Part shown: positions 11,870 through 25,000 of the stretch, one piece after another
Layout: each line of letters starts with the position of its first letter
How positions within the stretch are numbered: the first letter of the stretch is position 1
Source of the DNA: Iphione sp. A-MEVVRFRX5
Taxonomy: Eukaryota
Length of the DNA stretch: 64,000 nt
Direction of reading: 5' to 3'
NCBI GenBank assembly: GCA_976226885.1
Contig: OZ320317.1
Span: 79,112,001-79,176,000, forward strand
Made by a program: the position numbers and the translations under genes
The notes under the pieces: model-generated
Seen by the model: the letters and a program-made list of their open reading frames with translations, nothing else
Database searches by the model: none
What the model was told of the DNA's origin: nothing

Positions 11870-12073
11870 GCCGCTGCTATATTTTGGCGGCTTGGGGAGA
11901 AAGCGACGCTGATTGACCGTGGCTTCCGGCACGTCGCTGGCGCCACCCGGTGGTCGAGGAGCCCCCTGTGAGCCGGCTCCCAAGGTGCTCACGTGACCTC
12001 GGCCGCCCAATGGCCGAATGGCGCCGTGACTCAGCGATTACTGATCGGCCGGCCGAGTGACCGGAAGGTGAGT
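11870..12073 (+). promoter_or_regulatory. CpG-rich putative promoter or non-coding first exon ending in a consensus 5' splice site
   Basis: CTTCCGG at 11923, TCACGTGA at 11989-11996, CCAAT at 12007, TGACTCA at 12027-12033, CCGGAAG at 12061-12067, then AAG|GTGAGT at 12067/12068. Confidence 0.4.
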
Positions 12074-14276
12074 GTAGCTCGGCCAGTAGCTTAGGCAAGT
12101 CGGACAAGCCTTTCGTAGCCATTGCAGCTCCGTGGAACACATTAGCTTAGGTTGTCTTGGGCTTGAGACACCTTTTCTGTCATTTTATCACCATCTATCG
12201 TCCACTTCTAGGCGCCTATGTGTGTTGTACTTTGCCTCTCTCTCTCTGTATGAAAAGCCATTCCCGGGGCAATCGACAAATACAGTGAGAGCTGCTTTCG
12301 CCTTTTTACTTGATATGTTTTGCTTTGCCAAATGATATCTCTAGTCTAGGAGTCATCTCTTCTAAAATTCATATCGAGGTGGCTTTTGTAAAAAATATGT
12401 TTTCATGTGATAAACACACTAGATAACGCTTGGTGTATTTTAGAATGGCCGACCCCCCCCCCCGGGCGGGACCTACGTCATTGTATTTTCCTCTATTATC
12501 TTCACGCTATTCAATCTGCCTTTCGTTTTCCGGTGGCCGGTTAGCCATATTATGGGAGACGGGGAAGCCGTACGTAATACTGAATCCACCCACAACTCAC
12601 GCGATACCTCGCCCGGGGCTCTGCCGGCAGATTTTTGCAATATCCACATTTTGTATCATCAAATGGAAGCCGCTAATGTCTTCAATTGAGGCAATGGGAA
12701 CGTATGTCGTAATAGCTATATTCTGTCGTGGAAGACGTAAGGAATGGAGTCCTCTCCTTGCGGCAATGAGGTGTGTTTGAGCTGCGATGGCTTGGCCTAT
12801 ATTGCCGAGATGCGACCTGACAGAAACTCCACCCGTAGTCTAATTCCTATTCCCGCCCCCGTTCAGATGTACATGTATTTAAACTATCACTCCATGAAAG
12901 CGATTCGGCGGAATCTTGCTTGCTGAGAGGGGGAATCATCTCAAGAGGCCCATCCGTTTGCTTCAGTTCGACTTAATGTTATAATGGCCGAAGCTGATGC
13001 ATTAAAAGAGCCAAGAGTAACCCATCGTGCTCAGGCTAGCTCCACATCTAACGTTTAATTAGTCTTTCGTTGATTTCAGCCTCACGGATGTGCGCGTGTG
13101 CATGTATAATGTATAGTACGCACAAAATATATAAATACATGTAAATGATCGGTGCAAAATTAATTACCACGCTACTGCTTCTATTTGTACCTGTTTATGA
13201 ATGTACATTTATTTTTCTAAGTACGCGAACAGACTTATTATATACTACTACTGTATATCTAACAATGTAGAGAAGGCTACCTATCAAGTGGGATTGTCTA
13301 AATATATTCAGAGATATGAATTTTGCCTGTCAGAGTACTCATCTACCATCTTTGTATAAAAATCTAGGAAAGTGAATTATGGAAGTATCGTCTACTTTGA
13401 AAAAAAACTCTGTGTCCTCTTCTAATATTATGTTTGTCGATATATCGACATGATAGTACACATTCGGTGAAAACGTATGGTACAGCAAAGCACATACAAC
13501 AAAAAGACATATATATACCTATAACTAAATTCAACAACCATCACATTTAATTTAACAAAGCTCAACTGACCTTCAACCCCGTGCCCCGTTATCTGCCTGT
13601 TATCAGTCAGTAATGAGACACGCCTTGGTCTCCTTACCTCATCACATTAGGATACATAAAAGAACCTACTTACCTCCTGTTGACTTACGGGGAGGTTTCG
13701 TGCGACGTTGTGAATTGCGGTCGATATGATCCAATATTTTATCGCGAGATGGCGCTAGAAAACAAATCCAATGGTATATTCTGTTATACAATGATATACA
13801 TGTTACTTTGTGACACAACATCGTGCGAATTGGATAGATATCCCGCCCAAGTCATGATGGGGATCTCCTCTAAACAACAACTCGAGGATGAGGATTAGAA
13901 ATGGAAATTAGCTGGCATATTTATGAGGACAGGAAGGCATTTATGCCTCGAAATAGATAAGATGAAAGGATTAGGTAAATATGATCGAAATGACATTATG
14001 AGCGATGAAAAGTAACAGATAACAATTAACTGGTGTTAAATATCACAACGGGCAGTAGCGAGGTCATAATTCACTTATGATATCGAACTGTATATCTATT
14101 CATGATCAGAATAAAATAGTGTTAAAGTCAAAACGTCCGACGCGAGCACGAATATATTCCCGGCAGTGACCGCTACCAGGGGATGGAGGCGCCCCTGTGT
14201 AGGTTATCTATCAGCTCATTAAAGGTATCACCGGGTGCTCGTTGGGTATACTCCTTTCAAGCCAAAAAAAATAGTC

Positions 14277-14508
14277 ATCTGAATACATTTAAAAGGGATT
14301 TCCATGTCGATTCCGTTGGACACTGGTAAATACTAATTTAGATAGAAAAGACTTCCCCGGAGCAACGATGACTTAAAGATACCATCCATATGAGTAATAT
14401 TTTTCATAAATGGACACTTGGTGGCATACATATCTTATTGTCGTGTACTGATTTAAGAGAGATGATCTGAATAAAATTAAAAGGGATTTCCATGCCGATT
14501 CTGTTGGA
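14277..14508. repeat. 44-bp direct repeat pair, 188 bp apart
   Basis: 14277-14320 ATCTGAATACATTTAAAAGGGATTTCCATGTCGATTCCGTTGGA versus 14465-14508 ATCTGAATAAAATTAAAAGGGATTTCCATGCCGATTCTGTTGGA, 40/44 identical. Confidence 0.9.
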
Positions 14509-14869
14509 ACCTGGTGGACCAATTTACATCCAGTAAAATTGTAGCGCCCAGAAGACTCACAGCTGCAACTGCTTCTGTACTGCGCATTTCCCATCAAGAG
14601 CAGAAATACCAGTCTATATTGACACCCAATCGCTGAGAGGTCAAAATGGCTTAAAAACAGATAGCTGGATATCCCAGAAACAGATGCCTTGAATTGAAAT
14701 CGGTTGAAGTACGTATGCTTCAACCGACAATTTTAATAGTGATGCCAGATACTGGGCTTTGACATGTTGCCAACTTTTTTTTCTTCACCTTTAAGAATGG
14801 TATTAGAGGTTTCTGCCAATAGTAATACATTCTTCTTATATTATAGAGTATGACAGTAAATAGGACGCT

Positions 14870-15510
14870 GCTTATAGGTTCTGACATTACTTAGGGATGT
14901 TGCTAGGCTGTTTTAAGGCAATACTCAGGGATGTTGACAGTGGGCTTTCACACCTGGAGTATGCTTGCAGTAGGTTTCGGGTTATGTTTAGTATACTGAA
15001 AACAGCCTTCCGGCTGTATACTCATGCTAGATGCTAGGTTCTTTGGCTATATAATATATGACGTAAGTACGTTTATCTCTATGTTGGACCGCCTGATAGT
15101 AGACTAGCTCTGTGCTGTTTGGATATTTTGCCAGCGGGTTTATAAGTAGACTTCGAGTAGCTTCCTGGCTATGCTTGGTTCGATGGTAGTAGGCCTTTGG
15201 CTACTTAGCCAGAAATCTTGTGCCATTATGATAGATTTTATGAGATTAAAGAGTGCTACCAATATACTTCGACCGTTTTAAGTGACGCTAGCAATATAGG
15301 TATGAGTGGTAAATATGTCGGCAGTAGGTCCTTGGCTTGGAAAGGTATGCGTGCAATAGGTTTTTACTGTGTTGGTTTTGATGGCCTAGCTGAGTCTTTG
15401 AGCTAAGAGTATTTGGAAGTTTTAACGATCTGAAACATTATCAGTAGCTTAACGGTCGAACTATTGAGAACAACAGTAGGCCTTCGACTATGCCAGGTAT
15501 GCTGGTCGTA
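14870..15510. repeat. Highly decayed minisatellite of about 32 bp, roughly 20 units
   Basis: Motif CAGTAGGYYTTYGGCTATG or variants at 14938, 14968, 15001, 15033, 15065, 15097, 15155, 15187, 15322, 15354, 15442 and 15474. Many adjacent spacings are exactly 32 bp. Confidence 0.7.
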
Positions 15511-17479
15511 ATTTACCATAATTGAAAAACATGCGTTTTTTTTTATCAGATCCGTGCTGGCAATATATCTGTGAGAGAAGGTTAGCTGGGTATAGATCTT
15601 AACTTAATTACGTAGTAAATATAATAGAACCTTGATGATGCTCAGAGAAAGTATCTTTTGCTTTCATATAAGCTTGCCGTACATTCTGAAGGTGTTCGGG
15701 TATCCTAACTGTAAAACATATGGAAGCATAAGGTCATAAATGTGACTAGACGGTTTCTTCACCAATAATATGTGCGTACCTGTTATTAGTAGTTATATAT
15801 AGCATAGCAAAAAAGGTGCATGATTATTTTCACAGGAAAAGTAAAATAGTATTCCGCGTTTCCGTTATCTTGAATAATTGATTGTACTGACGCACGCTAC
15901 GTTTGATTGCCACATTGATAAACCACGCTCTTTGAATTAACTCTACATCCGCAGTGAACAAGATAACAAAAACAAACAACCCTACTGTCCCATCCAGAGC
16001 GAATTGACAATGATCAGGTGCATACCGTTTTTTTCGGGTGGGGAGGGGGCTGTTGGGTAATCCATGCTAGAGACATATTGAATCGAAACGCCACAGACAA
16101 TATTTGCACCGAGAAGGGATGGTGCTATTTGATCTTGCCGTCAGTGGTGATATACCTCTCCGACCTATCCAGTTTGTTATATTTGAAGCTAATTATTCAC
16201 TCGTGCCTTTCAAGTGCAGGGTTTTGATACCTGCTTTCAAATCACGGAATGGCCCGGGCTTCAGTAATACATGTAAATCACGTAAAATAACAGATTCCTG
16301 ATATTGCTTTCCCGATTTTGCCTCAAAATATGTGTTGGACTACTCTTTTTGTCTGACTAAAGCACTCACACTCGTACTTTTGGGTTGGCCCCATGCCCAT
16401 TGAAGAAACCATGTATTACCGATAATACTCGAATTTCTGTTTCATTTCCAGACTTCTCTGTACGCCTACACTGCCTCACACTGAATACTGCTTCAATTAT
16501 CCTATATGTTCTGTAGGCTATGATTAAGGTAACAGATTTCCTCTGAGTAACCATTTAGTACAGTGAAGTATAAACGGTCAGCGATAGACGCCTGGGTTTT
16601 CCGTTTCAGTGTAAATATAATTTTGGAGGATGACCAATAGGTTCATTATCCAGAGGGGGAAGGTGTTGACAGCATTACAGCTGGCAACGCATGGGGCCAG
16701 GGACAAAAGTAAGGTGTTTACCACGGAGGGCATAGAATGTCGCACGTGCCTTCTGAACCATTTCTACCAGTATACGTCTTCGCCTCAAACCAATAAAGAG
16801 GACGGACCAAGATAAACAGGTCTTATTTGATATGGAGGAACGAGATCTGTTAAGAGGATACCCCTCTAACGTACACAATATGAGACCTGAACAAATGGTG
16901 TCAGGTTTTGCATGCATGTACTCTGACTGGCTCTGAGTGGACAGGGATGCGTGCTTTGGATTTAAGCCAACCAGCAATAAAAGCGCTGTGTTTCAGGGTA
17001 TATAACATATAGTTTACTGATGTAAAGGACTGCTTTCATTGATCGCAGATAATCTCTTTTGAGGCATCGTCCGAGTGAGTAGATGACGAAGCTGTTGTAT
17101 TTCTGGGCCCACAACCAGATTTACCGAAGATAAAAAGAGACTGTGTGGTGGGATGCGAGTACAACCGTGCCAGAGGCCTCCCTACTGAATGAAGTACTAG
17201 TTGGTAAAACGCTGATAGGGAAGAAACATCGCTACTTTCTACGTTTTCCTAGTAGAACGCCTAATTTCACACAAACCGTTTTATCAGGACAGTTCCATCA
17301 CTTGATTTCTGCAATTTCCATTTGAATGCAGTTGGAGGCGTACAGTCGAAAATATATAGTTCACATCAATGGCCTAAATTGGCTGAGCAATGACGGTATG
17401 TTGAGGCGTGGTATTGGATTATGGTATTCACTCACAGGCCGGTATCCATCAGCAGTTTCCATGGCACGTTGAGCAGCTC

Positions 17480-17860
17480 GTCCTAGCGTCTGAGCAGCTC
17501 AAACCGCACAGAATTCGGCGGCGGCGGGTGCGGAGATGGGGCGACGCATCCGTTCCGCTTGTCAGGCGTCTACGCAGAAATACAGTGGCGCCGAATGCTC
17601 CCCTAGCGACCACTTCTAGTGCTTATAAGTCTCGTGCTGTTTTGATCCCATATTCTGCATTTCCAGAGGCGAGCCGGCCGCATCAATAAAAGTTCCTTTG
17701 ATGCCTTTTTTTCCTGTCGAATCGGACTGGTATTTGCGGCAGCGGGGCGAAGAGAGGCGGACGGCGACACGGCCGAGCCGGCGGCGCGCCACACTTGCAG
17801 CCAACTGAAGATGTCAGCACGTCCGTCAAGGTTCATGAATCACCATTCGTTCCTCGTGTC
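17480..17860. promoter_or_regulatory. CpG-rich island, function unknown
   Basis: Dense CG and GCG repeats (GGCGGCGGCGGGTGCGG, GCCGAGCCGGCGGCGCGCC) against an AT-rich background. No convincing ORF. Confidence 0.3.
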
Positions 17861-20800
17861 AGACGTAAAAAAAACGTCATATACATTGTCAATCTCTCTA
17901 TAACTGTCAGTAAACCTTTAACTTGTCGTTTTTTTGCCTTTGCCCCTCAAGCGCTCGTCCGTGATCGTTCGCAGCAATCTTCCTTTTTCTCTTTTTCTGC
18001 GTTTGCTGTCTTGCTTCCTCTCTGTCCTTTACAAATGCCTCTTGTTCTCGGTTTCATATGTCAGGGTTTAGGTGGATAAGGTGACTAATTCGGACAGCCA
18101 CTCGATCACAGCCTGTTGATTCATATCTAAAGACTGGTTTGCTATCTAGGACTGCGCTTCGGCCATGTCACAATTTCGATGCTTTTTAGAAGCCTTGCAA
18201 TTGCAAAAGAGAGCAACTTTAATCTCTAAATGCTTATAAATATTTTTAAATGAATAGGACATATAATCCAGATATGTGTCTAAACGTCTAACACGAACCA
18301 CGTCTCTTTACCTTTTGTTTCTTTCAGAATTACATTTAACGGAAACATCAATACAGTGTCCTGCATCTAAAACCAAATATTGCCTATCTTTGGTTGTTTG
18401 ATTGCGGTTGGACTTTACTACAGTGTTTGAAGCACCATGGTAACAATGATTTCTGATTAATGTGGAATTACACTCTTTAACACTCGTGTTTTTTGGTTGA
18501 CGATCAATAAGGAGACTGCATGATTACCTCAATTATTTCATTTAAGTATTGATTACATACACTTCTTGAAGTTCCCAATGATCCCAGGCTTGTAAAATTG
18601 CGTAAAAAACCTTATCATTAAATATACCTTAAAAAAGCCGAAGGGGCCGGTGGTGGAAAGTCCATGATACAAAAAACAGAAAAGTTGTATTAGTGTGTAA
18701 TTATTTCGTCATGGCCTCAAATGAGTCCAGGGCCACCAAGTCCCTAATCATGGACTTCTTCAGGATCTTTAAATCCAGAACCAAGCTGATTCCCAAACCC
18801 AGCAGTGAGGAATACCTTCTACCCCTGATCGACTTGTATTTTTCATAGGCAATTATCGGTAACTTCGGTCATGCACAAAACAGACGGCGCCACGTCATAG
18901 AATGAAATGCGTCAAACATAACGTTTTAAGCTCCTTACGCTTAGCAGACACAGTGGCCTCTAATTAGAAAGGATGTATCGTGCATCACAACTATGATTAA
19001 CGAAACCCATTATTCCTTATAAAATGTCGTCTGCCTCCGATGAACACCTCAAGGCAATTTTCGCCCTCAGTAAGAAAGCTATTGTCCTACCGAAAACCTT
19101 CCAACTTCAACATTTTTATCTCGATGGAATGACAACTGCAAATTTCCTTTCCCGCGCTGGTTAATCCGGAACTAATGAATGGGCTTGGTAACAGAAGGAC
19201 AGAAGGACACTACGCAGACACGGTTGCGAAGGCTCGACATGGACCCAATGTAGTTCTGTTGACATTCATCTGAGCCAAAATAACAGTACTCAATTTGCTT
19301 AAAGTTTTCGTATGAGCGGCAATTATCCTTATGTCCATATTTATTAAAACACTCTGTAGAGAAAAGGCAGTCTTTCCATGTATCTGACAACGTTTCCAGA
19401 CACAGGGTCATCTATGCAGGACATGGAACATGGTATGGGAAAGTAAACATATGTGTCGGTGGGTAAGACAATAAATGAAGAGACTCCTAGGAGTACTGCT
19501 GAGAACTGATATTGGCACAGAATCAACAGGAAACAGACAATAGACATGGACAGGTCTCCAGACTTTCTAATACCTACTTGATATTGGTCATGGAGACATG
19601 TACATGTCCATAAAATATGTACATATGGGTATGAATCATTGAAGTAGAGGGAGATCAGACTGTCATGTTGTCCCAGGCAGTCCTGTGTCCAAAAATGCGA
19701 GTAGAAGTGAAGTAAATAAGAAAAGTAATAGAGAAGAAAAAGACAGAGAAAAAAGAAAAAATGAAGGACAATTAAAAAAAAAGAGTCCAAGTAACGCATA
19801 TTCATAATCATACACATAGCTTGGCTCCTGTGCAGTCTTTCAGAGGACCTATTGAGTACAGGGTAGCGATGCCCTCCTGGCAAATCCTCTTCTTGTGGAG
19901 GCAAATAATAATGTTGTCTCCCTATAAAAGACCAAGTTGTACCAGTAAATACCCATTATGAATATTGTAACATGGGCCTGGTCTGATGACTAATGGATAA
20001 CAGCTCAGAAGCTGTTTGTAAATCAAGAATGTCTACACAGAGAAATCTGGTTCACTCTGCATGCGGAACTCTGCTAGGTGTCTCTCACAAAATACAGGAG
20101 AAAGTGTTCATTCAAAGAAACATCAGCCTTATGTACATTGACGGCTGCATAACAGGTCTATTCATAGTAACACTGATATAACAGATTGCATTACATTTAG
20201 TTTTCTTGAGTTGCAGTTCCTGTTCCAGAAGAATGACCATAGTACTCGAACAGGTTGCCAGACCCAGAATAATGGAGAAGTCCCAGAATACTTCATTTAA
20301 CAGACTTATTTAGAACTAATCCATTTATTCTTCATATTTTCATTATAGAAGTATGCAAACATACGGTCAGACCTCACCATATACAGACCATTTATCACGG
20401 CTATCTTGTTATTTCTAGCAGTTTTCATATGATCAATGATTCTTTTCCTGCACATTGATGCCTGCCTTATCTGGATTTTTCGTTGACCGGATGGAATAAG
20501 CAGTGACAGACCTTATCTGGTTTAACTGTGGGCCATGATTTCACGGAATCCCATCCAGTTAATAAATTCATCACGCATCCAGTTACGTTTATGTATCTTT
20601 AGGAACCTATGCGTTTATCAGGGGCAATTCTTTCAAAACGCTAGCATTTTCCAGTTGGGACTTGAAATGTGTCTTGAGTAATTTTGCTTCTCGGAGAGCT
20701 TTGGCTTTCCCAGGATTTGGTCTCCCATGTGCTCTGCCTGTAGGTAAATTTCTGCTGTTGTTACTTTCCTGACATACGATGTATTGATCACTCATCATAT

Positions 20801-21140
20801 AACGCTACACTTACAGTTACACTTATGGGTAGCGTACAATAAAATCCAGTATTGGCTTACCAATGCAATATTTCCATACAACAGCTGCTGTGTTTGTTGA
20901 GAAAAATAAAAAGTTTTCTTATTGTGACCCTCTAGAATATCTTTATACTGAGAGGAATGACTCTAATAGTATCGCCCCACAATGGAAATGTTAACAAGGC
21001 GAAAAACACCCACGGTACATATTTTCTCCGTCTGTGCATATTAAACACGTAGCATCAGCTATCATATACATCATAATGTATCTAATTATCAGTATCTTAT
21101 AGAGACAATGCATTTCACAGGCCTGTTTTAGACTCCTAAC

Positions 21141-21317
21141 CTTTATATCCAAATGCTTCAAATAATAAACTAGATACAAGCTACCCTGAAATAGACGAAA
21201 TGGTTTCCTGCAAGGGAGTTCTTCGCATTTTTCCCCAGCAGAGCTCGTAAGCGTTGCTGTCATTGGTTGGGTGAGGTGCAGCGGTACGTCAGAAAAGACG
21301 TCAGCGATTGCAGCCAT
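21141..21317 (-). CDS. Candidate first coding exon (59 codons), unknown product
   Basis: The minus strand reads CGAAAATGGCTGCA (ATG at 21317-21315) inside a CpG-rich patch and encodes MAAIADVFSDVPLHLTQPMTATLTSSAGEKCEELPCRKPFRLFQGSLYLVYYLKHLDIK. A phase-0 donor-like AAAG|GTTAGG follows at 21141/21140. No homology recognised. Confidence 0.18.
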
Positions 21318-22002
21318 TTTCGACGGGCAACAACAAACGGCAAGCCAGCCAAACGCAAGCTCAGCCAAACGTAAACAGCAACATAATACTTTCCACACCC
21401 CTTGGCATCCTAATACCGTCCGCTCTATTTTAACCAAATTAGCAATTCCGATGCTGCGGTACGGACGGCAAGACGACAGACTAGCCGTCCAGACGAAATT
21501 TCCACCTCTTAAACGGTGTTAACTGTTTCAGCAATATTCGCTTCTTCTTTTCAAGTTTGCCTTTAAGTCGGTGTTTTCACTCTGCCTGTGGCCGCATCTC
21601 CGAGAGTCGATTCGTCATAATCTTTATATACACACGCTCACATTTCTACACAGACTCAATAAAATCTCATTAAAACGCATGTTTTTTTTGGTACGCCTCC
21701 CTACACATTTAGCATGGAAAAGCTGGGTGTTCGGTCTTTCATAGTGCATCGATTTTGTAAAAAAGGAAAAGGCGCCACAGCTTATTGTTGACGCATCAAT
21801 GTTTCAATCCATTCCAGTCGTGTTGTGTGATATGAAGTATCCCTTCACCGCCGAGAGGCACACCGCCAAAGAGCCCATTAAGAACATGTGATCAGCTGGC
21901 CGTTAATTTTTCAAGCTGCTCACGATGATGTGAGTCGGTCTGAGTCCTGCGCAGTTGGCGCCAGCAGATAGAACGGGTGGTGTTTGTAGCAAAGGAAGAC
22001 GG

Positions 22003-22004
<2 letters not shown>

Positions 22005-22034
<30 letters not shown>
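22005..22034. repeat. (CAG)10 microsatellite
   Basis: Ten perfect CAG units, read directly. Confidence 0.97.
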
Positions 22035-22035
<1 letters not shown>

Positions 22036-25000
22036 GTTGATTTGGGAGAGGAAGTAGGCTGGAAAGTAAGACCAATTCGGGCTCCTTCCGCCCAAGACTG
22101 ATCGTTCCGGCTGCCGAGTGAAATGGTCTTTGTCACCCGCTAAATACTTGTCGCTCGTCGAAGCAAGTGCGCCCTATTTGAAACGGAGGTGGGTTGGTGG
22201 ATGGGAATCGGCTGAGATGGGTATATGGAGGGGGGAAACTAGTAGGCCATTACCGCCTAGGCCTTTCCCACCGGACACATGGGACAGGCAGGCCCGATGG
22301 GTATTGGTGGGCTGTTTGAACGCCTTCCTTATGAACACAACAACCAGAACTAACTGCAGAAGACCAACGAGGCATACCGATGCCAAGGCTCTGAAAGCGG
22401 CGTATCCCGTTTTTAAAACGATGGCTGCACGCACTGTTCCTCTTTGGCTTCGACTCTTCCCTTTCTGTAGTGTTTTTGTAGTGTAAAATAACGTACAACG
22501 TCCTTTGCCTGTCCAATAACGCAGTAGGCGAGCAATGAGTGACTCAAATGTTCTGTTCCGGTACTGTGACTTGTCCATTACGAAAGGCTTCACCGATGTG
22601 ATGCTAATGATGTAAAAATTAATATTTATTCAAAGAAAATATATTCATAATTTTCAGGCAACTAGATTATTTCATGATACCCCAGAATTATTGAGTCAAG
22701 TTGTTTAACACAACCGAGTTAAGCAATCCCTGTATATCCAGAGCCTGGAAACACGATCTAGCTTTAGCACGACAGAATAACCACAACGCATTGTTCAGAA
22801 GCTACTCTAAGCCGCAATTTGCAAAAAGTAAATAAAAATTCAACCCTAGTTGTGGCTGCCCACTCAAAATTCTCACCCACTCTGGTAACGTATTTTTGAA
22901 CTCACAGAAGTAGGTCGGAAATGGAATATATGTTCATAGATGCACTTATATATCTATTCACTCATCCTAACCGTCCCCGCCTTCATATGGTCAGCGCAAG
23001 CTTCCCCACTTCTATCTAATTGTCCTATCTGCTCTGCCTCCATCTATTTACATTATGCTACATGTATTTCACACTGCAATTGTATGGAGTCCAGCTATTT
23101 GTGTCTCATGAGGTTGTAAGTTTGCCACACCTATTGTTTACTCTGTTCTGTTTTAGTCGCTGTTCTACAAGTAGCTCAGGCTGGTATTACCTCGTCATAC
23201 ATTTGGCCCACGTTTTCTGCACATGCCATACCCTATCTTATTATCCGAATGTTCTGAGCTGCCACCAACCTTTCATATTATCATTTAATACTCTGTTTCA
23301 TTACACTTCCGTTTCCAGATGGGAATGCTTGATATTCATTGTAATCTACCTAGCTACTTTAATATTGCTATAACACATGGCGTAAGGTTACCAGCATGAC
23401 AATTCACAGAATATACACAGTGGCAACCATCCAGACTTCAGACAAACATCTCAGGGTGTATCCAGTGCGACAACTACTGAAATCACAAAGGTATAGCACT
23501 ATGTCGGGGCGTCAGGACATAAGAGGGATATGACTGATAGTGTTCACAACATGACAATTATTAAAACAACGAAGGTTTAGCACTGGATTAGAGCCTTAGG
23601 ACATCAAAGGAGATTTATCTTACTGTTATGCAGGTTTTCCCTGCTAGGAGATAAAAGTGAGACTGCTTCCATACCCGAACGATCTCCATATCCAAACGAC
23701 TTGAACCGGAATTGACTCCTTCTGGAAAATGCAGGCTGACTGTACTGGTAGTATTCTGCCTGCATAAAACCTTTATTACTATCATTTCATCTGTTACTTC
23801 TGAACAGTTCAGTGGATTCAATTAAATCGTAATGCTACACACCAACAAGATGCCAATGTACTGTGAATGTATTAGTGAATACCCATTGGTAGAACCTGAA
23901 GAATGAACCAAGAAAGATAAACTGATCGTTTTTCCGTGCATACGTTTTACAAAAAAGCTTTCAGATACAGTGCTGTTTGCCAGAGATATTAATTCCGACG
24001 ATTGAAATGTAAATGAATAGAGGTAAAAAGATTATAAAGGATTTGTGCCTGAATGCTTTTATCTCGTTTCCTGAAATCTTTGACAAGAGTCATGTTATGT
24101 CAACATTCGGGAAGCAATCAGAGGTCAAGGGCCAAAGTGCTTGAAAACCACACGCCTCATTTACAGTCAAGGGTATGGACGTTCCCTGTAATTAATCCAT
24201 CTAGAAGTCTCAAGGAGAGGTAAAGAAATCCACAAGCTACTTAGGGCCATTTCGCTTGGCACAAAAACTGTTATGCATCAAATGCCTTTCCCTGATAACC
24301 GAAGCTAAGTGCCCATATTTGAGCTGAGATCATATGCATAGAATTAGTAGCAATCCCATGTCAGGGTCTGACAAGGACTATCCGATAAACTTAGACAATC
24401 TATTTTGGGATTTTCATAAGGAATAAAACTTGTGAATTACTCTTTTCCCCAGTTGAACCCTCTGGCATGAGTTGTCAAGGTTTTACTTACAATTAGCTGT
24501 CTGGTAGCAGACGGACTTGGGGCTGGGTGTCTGACTGAATCTTGATTGGAGACTCTCTTGGTAACAACTGGGTGACAAGTAGGATGCTGGTTACATTGCC
24601 TCTCTCTGGATCAGCTGTCTGTCCAAGAGACAGCCGGTAGTAGACTTGTGGAAGAATGCTTCTCTGGATCAGTTGCCCTTGGTGTAGCTTTGTAATGAGC
24701 TTTTGCTCCTGATCTGTTGCACTGGGCAGATGCATTGTCTTCAGGTCTGGAACTGTCCTTTGTTGTCTTGTCCAAAGGAAAAGTACGATGAATAGTCCTG
24801 TACATCTGAAGCTGTCAGGTAGAGTTACCCGGGTTCTCCACCAGTTTGAGGTTTGCGTGTCGAAGAGGAGCAATGGATATAAAGGGACAAAGATGAAATG
24901 GCGCACTGTCTGCCAGTGTCCTTTTAATTGTCTCTTTATCTCCAGGATCGTCTGGTATCATGTGGGAGAGTGAAGATCCTCTTCCTGTGGGTCCTCTACA

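Noticed and set aside
13668-13710. ACTTACCT resembling the U1 snRNA 5' end
   Set aside because: The sequence that follows does not match U1 stems or the Sm site.
14870-15510. CRISPR-like repeat-spacer array
   Set aside because: Repeats are far too divergent, linkers are only about 13 nt, there are no cas genes and the context is eukaryotic.
16835-16867. EERDLLRGYPS resembling C5 DNA methyltransferase motif IX
   Set aside because: No motif X (GN.W/V) downstream and no PC or ENV motifs upstream.
19344-19904. Longest ORF in the track (186 aa, minus strand)
   Set aside because: Rich in F/L/Y/C because it is the antisense of an A-rich tract; no domain features.
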